From: Candidatus Thermosaccharophagus yellowstonensis
GTDB lineage: Bacteria; Armatimonadota; Fervidibacteria; Fervidibacterales; Thermosaccharophagaceae
Direction: 5' to 3'
Length of the DNA stretch: 64,000 nt
Assembly: GCA_041537945.1 (NCBI GenBank)
Contig: JBGOEK010000002.1
Span: 46,005 to 110,004, forward strand
The position numbers and the translations under genes are program-made. Positions 45,354 to 52,440 of the stretch are shown piece after piece. The notes under the pieces are model-generated. The model did no database searches, had not been told where the DNA came from, and worked only from the letters and a program-made list of their open reading frames with translations. Numbering within the stretch: position 1 is the first letter of the stretch; each line of letters begins with the position of its first letter.

Positions 45354-46133
45354 ATGGCATCGTTCACGGTATGCTCGTTCTTCTTGTTGGTCGCTCTAAC
45401 AGAGGCTTTAGCACAGGATTATGTTGTCCATGCGGTCATAACGAGGGGCGGGAAGGAAGAGAAGCCAAGCAGTGAAGTGACTTACTTCAAAGGCGAAAAG
45501 TTGCGCTATGAACTCGGAGACATCGTTGTCGTCGTCAACACCAAGAGGAACGAGGCTATGCTCATATCAAATTCAAGGCGGGAATACACCGTCGTCAAGA
45601 TTGAGCGCTTGCAACAACTCGCTGATGGGTGGCGTAAGAAGCTCGAGGAACAGCTCAAAGCACTTGAGGAGCAAGTGAAGAAAGCGAAGCCAGAGGAAAA
45701 ACAGAAGATGATGCAAGCGCTGATGATGCTCTCCTTCCTCAACCAGCGCTTCAAGTCGGTAAAGGTTGAAGAAGGCGGGTTTGATGAAATCGCAGGATAC
45801 AAGAGCAAAGGGTTCCGCGTTTACGGTGATGGGAAACTTGTGGCTGAACTTTGGTTTTGCGACTCACTGAAGGTTGGCGTGGATGTAAACAAGCTGATTG
45901 ATGTTGCGTTCTCGATCACGCTCACGCCAACTATGGTTCGTCAGGTGTATGAGGCTGTTGTGAAGAGAGCCAATGGGTTGCCGATGAGGCAAGAGCTATA
46001 TGTGCCTATGCGCATAAGCCGAAAAGTTACGAAGGTTGAAAAGAGAGCGCTTCCCGAGAGCCTTTTTGAGCCACCGAAGGGCTTCACGAAGGTTGAATTT
46101 GAGAAGCTCGGTCAAAGCGCCATCGTCAAGTGA
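45354..46133 (+). CDS. Hypothetical secreted protein (possibly DUF4412-like), central Lys/Glu-rich helix
   Basis: Signal-peptide-like N-terminus (MASFTVCSFFLLVALTEALAQ). Beta-rich flanks surround KKLEEQLKALEEQVKKAKPEEKQKMMQ. The family call is weak. Confidence 0.4.
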   Translation: MASFTVCSFFLLVALTEALAQDYVVHAVITRGGKEEKPSSEVTYFKGEKLRYELGDIVVVVNTKRNEAMLISNSRREYTVVKIERLQQLADGWRKKLEEQLKALEEQVKKAKPEEKQKMMQALMMLSFLNQRFKSVKVEEGGFDEIAGYKSKGFRVYGDGKLVAELWFCDSLKVGVDVNKLIDVAFSITLTPTMVRQVYEAVVKRANGLPMRQELYVPMRISRKVTKVEKRALPESLFEPPKGFTKVEFEKLGQSAIVK

Positions 46134-46153
46134 ATGGCTTTGTGTTGTCGCTC

Positions 46154-46182
46154 TTTACGATGTTGCGGATGAGTGTTAAAAT
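46154..46182 (+). promoter_or_regulatory. Putative sigma-70 promoter of the tRNA cluster (TTTACG-N17-TAAAAT with TGT extended -10)
   Basis: TTTACG lies at 46154-46159, followed by a 17-nt spacer, TGT at 46174-46176 and TAAAAT at 46177-46182. The first tRNA begins at 46197. Confidence 0.5.
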
Positions 46183-46196
46183 TGAAATTGGCATGC

Positions 46197-46291
46197 GGAG
46201 GGATGCGCCGAGTGGCTAAGGCGGCGGCCTGCTAAGCCGTAGGGGGGTTATGAAGCCTCCCTCCCGGGTTCGAATCCCGGTCCCTCCGCCA
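46197..46291 (+). tRNA. tRNA-Ser (anticodon GCU), CCA encoded
   Basis: Acceptor GGAGGGA/TCCCTCC. Anticodon stem-loop GCGGC-CUGCUAA-GCCGU. Long variable arm. T-arm CCGGG-TTCGAAT-CCCGG. The 3' end is GCCA. Confidence 0.9.
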
Positions 46292-46317
46292 CTAACTTTG
46301 AAAACGAATTTCAAGGC

Positions 46318-46395
46318 GCGCCCGTAGCTCAGCTGGAATAGAGCACGGGACTACGGATCCCGGGGTCGGGGGTTCGAATCCCTCCGGGCGCGCCA
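46318..46395 (+). tRNA. tRNA-Arg (anticodon ACG), CCA encoded
   Basis: Acceptor GCGCCCG/CGGGCGC. D-arm GCTC-AGCTGGAATA-GAGC. Anticodon stem-loop CGGGA-CUACGGA-UCCCG. T-loop TTCGAAT. Confidence 0.9.
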
Positions 46396-46405
46396 AATGA
46401 ATTAT

Positions 46406-46479
46406 GCGCCCGTAGCTCAGCAGGACAGAGCGCTGGCCTCCGGAGCCAGATGTCGCGCGTTCGAATCGCGCCGGGCGCA
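46406..46479 (+). tRNA. tRNA-Arg (anticodon CCG), no encoded CCA
   Basis: Acceptor GCGCCCG/CGGGCGC. Anticodon stem-loop CUGGC-CUCCGGA-GCCAG. T-arm GCGCG-TTCGAAT-CGCGC. Confidence 0.9.
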
Positions 46480-46509
46480 CTGATGCAAGTTAAGAAGGTG
46501 ATCAATAGC

Positions 46510-46582
46510 GCCCCTGTAGCTCAAGAGGACAGAGCGGCGGCCTCCTAAGCCGCAAGTCCCGGTTCGAGTCCGGGCAGGGGCA
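46510..46582 (+). tRNA. tRNA-Arg (anticodon CCU), no encoded CCA
   Basis: Acceptor GCCCCTG/CAGGGGC. Anticodon stem-loop GCGGC-CUCCUAA-GCCGC. T-arm CCCGG-TTCGAGT-CCGGG. Confidence 0.9.
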
Positions 46583-46629
46583 CTTTGTGAAATCAACTCT
46601 CGCATCGGCTTTCCCATCGGTGAGACTCC

Positions 46630-47100
46630 ATGAGCGCTCATCCCCTCTTCTCCGATGAAGATGTGACATTTATGCTCATCGCACTTGAAGAGGCAAAGAA
46701 AGCCTTTGAAGTTGGTGAGGTCCCGGTAGGCGCTGTTGCAGTCCGCAACGGTGAAGTCATCGCCAGAGCACACAACATGCGTGAGCACCTCAAATCCCCT
46801 ATAGCCCACGCGGAGATGCTCGCTATTGAAGCATCTGCAAAGGTAGTTGGCGATTGGCGCCTCAACGATGTAACACTCTATGTGACGCTCGAACCATGCA
46901 TAATGTGTGCTGGCGCAATCATACAGGCGAGGATAAAGAGGGTTGTGTTCGGTGCATTTGATCAAAAGGCAGGCGCTGCAGGCTCGGTCATTAACATCTT
47001 TGATATGCATCCGTTCGAAGGCGCGGTCGCTGTGGTCGGTGGTTTGTTGGAGGAAGAATGTGCCACGCTATTGAAACGCTTCTTTGAAGAGAGGCGATAA
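46630..47100 (+). CDS. tadA: tRNA-specific adenosine(34) deaminase TadA
   Basis: CMP/dCMP-type zinc motifs HAEMLAIE and PCIMCAGAI. ALEEAKKAFEVGEVPVGAVAVRNGEVIARAHN and the 156-aa length are typical. Confidence 0.92.
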   Translation: MSAHPLFSDEDVTFMLIALEEAKKAFEVGEVPVGAVAVRNGEVIARAHNMREHLKSPIAHAEMLAIEASAKVVGDWRLNDVTLYVTLEPCIMCAGAIIQARIKRVVFGAFDQKAGAAGSVINIFDMHPFEGAVAVVGGLLEEECATLLKRFFEERR

Positions 47101-47279
47101 GCGGGTTCGGTGAGGCTTTCATCAAACCTTTCGGGAAAGGGGCAGGCTGACCTTAAGGTTCATCTTCACGAACGCGAATGGGCTTGGCGCTCAAGAAAAA
47201 TCCGTCGTCAACCACTGGCTCGAAGCCGGTGGCATGGAGAGGACACTCCATCAATCTTTGAGAAGATTGGTGATAGAGC

Positions 47280-48350
47280 ATGCGCATGACCTCACGAGAA
47301 CGCCTCTTATGCGCTTTCTCCTGCGGGACCCCAGATAGGGTGCCAGTCTCACCACAGAACCTCGGGAAGTTGAACAGAGAAAGCGAGCTGGCAAGACTGC
47401 TGATTGAGCGCACCGACATCATCATCTACGCTGGGAGCGCTTGCAATTGTTTCATCGGGAGCGCAATTAAGTTTGATGTTGAAACAGACGGCGCCTTAAC
47501 CATCATTACCTACCACACGAAAAAGGGGAAGCTGAGGCGTGTGATAAAATCAACAGGCGTAACAAGGGCAACAGTTGAGTTCCCATGCAAGTCCCCCGAA
47601 GATGTTGAGAAGCTCCTTTCGATACCTTATGAGCCTCCAACAGATGAGGAGCTTAAGTCGGCACTGGCTGATTACAACTGGTGGAAGGATTACATCGGCG
47701 AGAACGGGATAGTGCTCTTTGGGTTGCCTAACGCAATCTGCTTCCCCGCCGAATGGTTTTCACCATACGACTTTTGCCTCCTTTGGGCTGATGCACCTGA
47801 TGCAATGCTTGAGCTTGTGAAAGTAGCAAACGAACGCCTCTTGATGTTCGTTGAAAGAGTTTGTAAAGCTGGCTCGGCGGATGGCTTCAGGATAGTCGGC
47901 GGCGAATATGCGTCAGTTCAACTTGGTCCAAAAGCTTTCGATATACTCGTCCGCCAGTTCGACAAACAGCTTGTGAAGTTGATCCATGACTACGGAGCTA
48001 TCGCATACTACCACAATCACGGTCCGATAATGCGCTACCTTGAAGCAATCATTGACATAGGCGTTGATGCTCTTGATCCGCTTGAAGCGCCACCGTGGGG
48101 CGATTGCAACATGGCTGAGGCAAAGAAGATACTGAAAGGGAAAGTCTGCATCGTAGGTAACTTGGATGACATGGAGGTGCTCAACAAGAAAGAACCAGAA
48201 GAAGTGCTTGCCATAGGTAAGGAGCTGATCAGCGTTGCAGGTTCAGACGGATTTGTGTTGAGTGGGACTGCCTCTGGAACATACGGCGAGAAGGCTGCCA
48301 TGAACTTCCTCAAGCTCGTTGAGCTCGCTGAACGAATGGCATCATCTTAA
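47280..48350 (+). CDS. Uroporphyrinogen decarboxylase (URO-D) family protein, function unassigned
   Basis: MTSRERLLCAFSCGTPDRVPVSP is the typical N-terminus of URO-D/MtaA-like proteins. The C-terminal half has YHNHG, DALDPLE and CIVGNLD. Confidence 0.7.
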   Translation: MRMTSRERLLCAFSCGTPDRVPVSPQNLGKLNRESELARLLIERTDIIIYAGSACNCFIGSAIKFDVETDGALTIITYHTKKGKLRRVIKSTGVTRATVEFPCKSPEDVEKLLSIPYEPPTDEELKSALADYNWWKDYIGENGIVLFGLPNAICFPAEWFSPYDFCLLWADAPDAMLELVKVANERLLMFVERVCKAGSADGFRIVGGEYASVQLGPKAFDILVRQFDKQLVKLIHDYGAIAYYHNHGPIMRYLEAIIDIGVDALDPLEAPPWGDCNMAEAKKILKGKVCIVGNLDDMEVLNKKEPEEVLAIGKELISVAGSDGFVLSGTASGTYGEKAAMNFLKLVELAERMASS

Positions 48351-48584
48351 ACTATCGCCTGCCGTATCTTCTTCCCGCCCTACGGCGTGAGTAAAGATAC
48401 ACCCAAAGTAGCGATGCATCTATGGGCGGTTGTAAAACAATGTTCCTTATCCGTCTCCTCCAATCTCTGGAGTGGAAAGAGCGTAAAGATGGCAACGCCT
48501 TGCGCAGTAGCTCCCACCTGTAACGCTCGATGCGCATCCTCATGCACTTCCTCAACATGACCGAGTGCCTATAGTCGCCACGCA

Positions 48585-49331
48585 TCAACCTGCCCTCCTC
48601 AGGTAGATCCAAAGTAGCAGTATAATGCCGAGGATGCAAGCTACTTGAGCTTGTGTCAAACCAGCCACAGCAACTTTTGCCGAAACGCCTTTGCGCAGGA
48701 ACTCATTGAAGAAGCGTATGAGCAAATGAAAGATCAAACCGATGAGCATCTCCTTGCCCGAGAAGCTTTTACCTTTTCGAACCCACCTCAGCAAGGCGAA
48801 AATGACAAGCGCACCAAACGCCTCATACAGTGGCACTGGATGAGAGGGTGGCATGAGCACACCTTGTTCGTTGTAATAGCGAACTCCGATCGGGAGTCTC
48901 GTGGGCGAGCCAAAACAACATCCGTTTAGAAAGCACCCAACTCGCCCTATGGCATAAGCCAACATGTAGCCTTGCGAGAGCGCATCCCCAACACGCCAGA
49001 ACTCAACATTGTAAACCCTGCAAATCAAAGCCAAGCTGGATATGCCGCCACCAAGCGCCCCAAAAAGAGATAAGCCACCGCTACGCAAATTCAAAGCACC
49101 CAATGGATTGGAAGAAAACTCATCCAAGTTGAGCACAACATAAAGCAGGCGTGCACAGACAACTCCTATTGGCACAACTAAAAGGGCAGCCGTGCTCAAA
49201 AGGTCAGGTGGTAGCCCACGATCCTTGAACTCGCGCTCCGACCATATTAAACCGACGAGCAGACCGAGAGCTATGCAAACACCATAAGTGCGAAGCTCGA
49301 ACGAGCCGATGCGAATTAGCACTGGATGCAT
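48585..49331 (-). CDS. lgt: Prolipoprotein diacylglyceryl transferase
   Basis: MHPVLIRIGSFELRTYGVCIALGLLVG, GGLSLFGALGG, AIGRVGCFLNGCCFG and HPVPLYEA. Confidence 0.9.
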   Translation of the reverse strand: MHPVLIRIGSFELRTYGVCIALGLLVGLIWSEREFKDRGLPPDLLSTAALLVVPIGVVCARLLYVVLNLDEFSSNPLGALNLRSGGLSLFGALGGGISSLALICRVYNVEFWRVGDALSQGYMLAYAIGRVGCFLNGCCFGSPTRLPIGVRYYNEQGVLMPPSHPVPLYEAFGALVIFALLRWVRKGKSFSGKEMLIGLIFHLLIRFFNEFLRKGVSAKVAVAGLTQAQVACILGIILLLWIYLRRAG

Positions 49332-49423
49332 TTGACACCACTTCGCATGTTAGCTTTCCAGTAGAACGATTATATCATCGTAGGGTTGGACGATGAAATC
49401 ATCAACTCGTGCGGTGGTGATGT

Positions 49424-50779
49424 TTGATGGAGCAACTTGATCTGCTGGGCAGAAGCTTCGAATGCGTTTGCGGTAAAACACATTCCGTTCCAACAAGAGA
49501 GGTGCTGATAGCTGAGGGCGCAATTGATGCGGTTTACGAACTATGCGAGAGAAACGGAATGAGGGAAAGATGTAACTTGGTCGCTGACAGCATCACATAC
49601 GATGTGTGTGGCAAGGATGTGGCGCAACTGCTACGCTCTCGTGGGATATCTTTGCACGAGATCATACTCGAAGCCGATACGGAAGCCGATGAGAAGGTAT
49701 GTGACGAAGTCCTCTCGTCCGCAGACCCGCATGGAAACTTCTGGGTCGCAGTCGGCTCTGGAACAATCAACGACATAACAAAGCTCGTGAGCACGAGGGT
49801 GAACCAACCTTATGGTGTTGTAGCAACAGCTCCATCAATGAACGGCTACACATCCTCAATAGTTGCGATCATGCTCAACGGATTGAAGGCAACGCTTCCG
49901 GGCAACCCACCGCTTTTCGTGCTTGCCGACTTGAATGTTTTGTGTAATGTCCCTTACGAATTGATAACGGCTGGGCTTGGTGATGCGCTCTCAAAACCTG
50001 TCTCAAATGCTGACTGGATGCTTTCGCATGTCTTGTTTGGAGAGCACTTCTGTAACTTCTGCATCGACCTGCTGTCTCAATCGGAACAGCTTTGTGCGAG
50101 TGCTGCAAGCTCGCTCAAATCACGAGAACCAAATGCGATCAAGATGCTCATGGAAGCACTATGCATCTCTGGCATAGTCATGACCATAGCAGGTAGCTCA
50201 ACCCCAGTCTCAGGTGGTGAACACCTCATCTCACACGCCCTCGATATGCACTCACACATCACAGGTAGAAAGAAACAGCTTCATGGCGCTCAAGTTGGTG
50301 TTGCGACGCTCTTTTCAGCATCGCTTTATGAGAGACTGCTCGAGATTGACCCATCTGAGCTGGATGTAGCTCAGCTCGCAAATCGCTATAAGAGCATCGA
50401 GGAGTGGATGCAACCTCTGCAACGCTTCTTTGGGGACGCAAGCAAAGTAGTAACCGAGCAGTTTGCCAAGAAGTATCCGAAGTCAAAAGACGAGCTTGAG
50501 GTGAGGTTGGAGAAGATCGTAAAAATGTGGGATGAGCTTTCCCTCAAGTTACGCCCATTGCTGCGCAGTCAAGATGAACTGCGCAGATTGTTATACAATG
50601 CCGATGCCCCCACGACAGTCTGGGAACTCAAAATCGACATTGAGGAATTCAAGGAGGCAATCAAGCTTGCGCACACAATTCGCTCAAGATACACTGTCTT
50701 AGACATCGCAAACGAACTTTGCATCCTCCCCGATGAACTGGAAAGCTTACTCAAGCGCTCCCAAATAGCGAGATGGTGA
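49424..50779 (+). CDS. Iron-containing alcohol dehydrogenase / dehydroquinate-synthase-like superfamily protein, sn-glycerol-1-phosphate dehydrogenase (AraM/EgsA)-like
   Basis: VAVGSGTINDITK (GGGxxxDxxK-type NAD site), APSMNGYTSS, GLGDALSKPVS and SGGEHLISHALD (metal His pair). The subfamily call is from memory and uncertain. Confidence 0.6.
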   Translation: MMEQLDLLGRSFECVCGKTHSVPTREVLIAEGAIDAVYELCERNGMRERCNLVADSITYDVCGKDVAQLLRSRGISLHEIILEADTEADEKVCDEVLSSADPHGNFWVAVGSGTINDITKLVSTRVNQPYGVVATAPSMNGYTSSIVAIMLNGLKATLPGNPPLFVLADLNVLCNVPYELITAGLGDALSKPVSNADWMLSHVLFGEHFCNFCIDLLSQSEQLCASAASSLKSREPNAIKMLMEALCISGIVMTIAGSSTPVSGGEHLISHALDMHSHITGRKKQLHGAQVGVATLFSASLYERLLEIDPSELDVAQLANRYKSIEEWMQPLQRFFGDASKVVTEQFAKKYPKSKDELEVRLEKIVKMWDELSLKLRPLLRSQDELRRLLYNADAPTTVWELKIDIEEFKEAIKLAHTIRSRYTVLDIANELCILPDELESLLKRSQIARW

Positions 50780-51050
50780 AATGAATGGACAACACATGCT
50801 CATGTCAGCTCATCATGCCGATGCAAGCTCTACACCCGCATCGTTTGGGTGCTGTTGCGCATTTGCATGCTCGCACATCGGCTGAGGTCAACGATAAGGT
50901 TGGTTTTTGAAAACGCTTGTCTTTTAGGTTGGGTCACCGTAGTGAGCGCCCCATCTTTGAGCGAGTTCCTTGCCGATGGAAGCGAGTTTTTGCAACTCAA
51001 ACTTCGTGAGCGACTTTCGGCTTTTCGCAATAGCGACATTTTGTTTGAGT

Positions 51051-51866
51051 TCATCGGCGGAAAAAAACGCCAACGACGGCACAAGCGACTTCAGGCAAAC
51101 TGAGGGAGTAGCGGATAGCGAGGTCAGCGTAATCGGCGAGCCTGCCGGGATTGGGTTGCCCGTAACCCTTTTGAGGCGCTGCCATCACCTTCATCGCCAC
51201 TACCCCGACATTGTGCTTGCGAGCGATAGGGAGAACTTTGCCCTCAAAGTCGTAAGTGAACCTGTCAACGAAATTGAGCACACACATGACCACATCAAAT
51301 TCGCCGCTGTCCAAAACTTTCGCCATCACCGACGGTCTGTAATGACCGCTGATGCCGATGAATCTGACCCAGCCACGCTTTTGAGCCCCGCGCAAACCCT
51401 CAAGGACACCGCCTTTGCCCAAAACTCGGTCAGGGTTGAAATCACCGACATTGTGGACATGAACCAAGTCAATGCAATCGGTTTTCATCGTCCGAAGCGA
51501 CCCCTCAATTATCTCAAGTGCCCGCTTGGCGTCATCGGTTGCGACCTTGCTGACCAAGAAAACTTTGTCCCGAACCTTGGGCAGGATTTTGCCGATGTAT
51601 TCTTGGGCTCGGGCGTAGGTTGGGGCTGAGTCCCAGTAAGTTACGCCCAACTCCAGCGCCTGCTCCATCAACTCAATCGCCTGACTTTCCGTCAAGCCCG
51701 TCCCAATCGGACCGAACCCAAGCCCTAAGACCGGAACCTTGACTTCTGTCCGACCAAGCACTCGTGTCGGCAAAGGTTCTTTGGGCACAAGTGCCTGCCT
51801 TGTGAACCCGGTTAAAGCAACTCCACCCAACAGACTCAAAAACTGCCTCCGATTGCAAACTCCCAT
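51051..51866 (-). CDS. Aldo/keto reductase with twin-arginine (Tat) signal; reading frame broken near the 3' end by a homopolymer frameshift (C-terminal remainder at 50924-51062 in another frame)
   Basis: NRRQFLSLLGGVALTG (Tat motif), GVTYWDSAPTYARAQEYIG, DLVHVHN and GISGH. The ORF stops after VVGVFFRR. Removing one T from the T7 run (A7 at 51061-51067 on the plus strand) continues into SADELKQNVAIAKSRKSLTKFELQKLASIGKELAQRWGAHYGDPT-stop, a typical AKR C-terminus. Confidence 0.8.
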   Translation of the reverse strand: MGVCNRRQFLSLLGGVALTGFTRQALVPKEPLPTRVLGRTEVKVPVLGLGFGPIGTGLTESQAIELMEQALELGVTYWDSAPTYARAQEYIGKILPKVRDKVFLVSKVATDDAKRALEIIEGSLRTMKTDCIDLVHVHNVGDFNPDRVLGKGGVLEGLRGAQKRGWVRFIGISGHYRPSVMAKVLDSGEFDVVMCVLNFVDRFTYDFEGKVLPIARKHNVGVVAMKVMAAPQKGYGQPNPGRLADYADLAIRYSLSLPEVACAVVGVFFRR

Positions 51867-52127
51867 ATCTCGTCACTCCTTTCGCTCATCATGCACTCAC
51901 GCATCACGCATTAAGTTGTGGTGAAGCTACCGATCTCGCTCATTGAAAAACATGTCCCACCTCGTGTGTTAGAATGCCTCTCACCCCTTCCCTACCCCTT
52001 CGTCCAACGAGGCGAACTTCTCACAACATTCCTGCTTCCACCCAAACCTAATTTATGTCGGGCAACGAAGGCTTTACTCCCCTTCCGTTGAACCTTCACA
52101 CTGTTCGTCTCCTTCCACTATAATTGC

Positions 52128-52436
52128 TTGGGCGACAACGCTGAGGCTCAGAGGGGGTGGTTTGAGTTGCATATTGAGCATAGGAAACAGCGCATCATAA
52201 GGCTGTTGCAAGCGATTGAAAACGAGGCAAGGCATATGGGTAAGATGATTGAAGAAGATGACTTCCAAGGGCAACTTGAATGCTTGGTTAAGCTGACGGA
52301 ACACATCGAGACGATAAAGAGGCTGTGCATAAGGACTTATGCGGAAACGCTGTTTTCGCTCTCGAGTCGAATAGACCAAGTTGAAGAAGCAGTTGAGCAA
52401 TTGCTCAATTGGCTTGTTAAGCTGAAGGCGGTGTGA
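52128..52436 (+). CDS. Hypothetical small alpha-helical protein (start uncertain)
   Basis: 102-aa ORF with heptad-like Leu/Ile/Glu pattern (IIRLLQAIENEARHMGKMIEEDD...VEEAVEQLLNWLVKLKA). It ends 4 nt before the next gene. A TATAAT at 52119-52124 would place the transcript start inside the annotated 5' end, so the real start may be further downstream. Confidence 0.35.
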   Translation: MGDNAEAQRGWFELHIEHRKQRIIRLLQAIENEARHMGKMIEEDDFQGQLECLVKLTEHIETIKRLCIRTYAETLFSLSSRIDQVEEAVEQLLNWLVKLKAV

Positions 52437-52440
52437 GAAA

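Noticed and set aside
46417-47010. 197-aa minus-strand ORF spanning tadA and two tRNA genes.
   Set aside because: It overlaps clear tRNA-Arg genes and the motif-rich tadA on the opposite strand, and has no recognisable motifs. It is treated as an antisense artefact.
47101-47279. Possible cobalamin riboswitch or small gene upstream of the URO-D-family gene: hairpin CCACTGG...CCGGTGG, and a minus-strand 42-codon ORF at 47153-47281.
   Set aside because: No B12-box-like core is recognisable. The hairpin has a mismatch and the small ORF has no supporting motif or RBS. Evidence is insufficient to report it as a feature.
46197-48350. The tRNA cluster as an integration hotspot or genomic island boundary.
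   Set aside because: No integrase, excisionase, transposase or direct repeat of a tRNA 3' end is visible downstream. The flanking genes (tadA, URO-D family, lgt) look like housekeeping genes.
48352-48639. 95-aa Arg-rich minus-strand ORF in the convergent gap between the URO-D-family gene and lgt. A 48-codon Cys/Ser-rich plus-strand ORF also lies there.
   Set aside because: The composition is extreme (R-, Y- and W-rich), the ORF overlaps the lgt stop region, and it has no RBS or motif. The gap is probably just a 3' UTR/terminator region, and I could not identify a convincing hairpin or known ncRNA.
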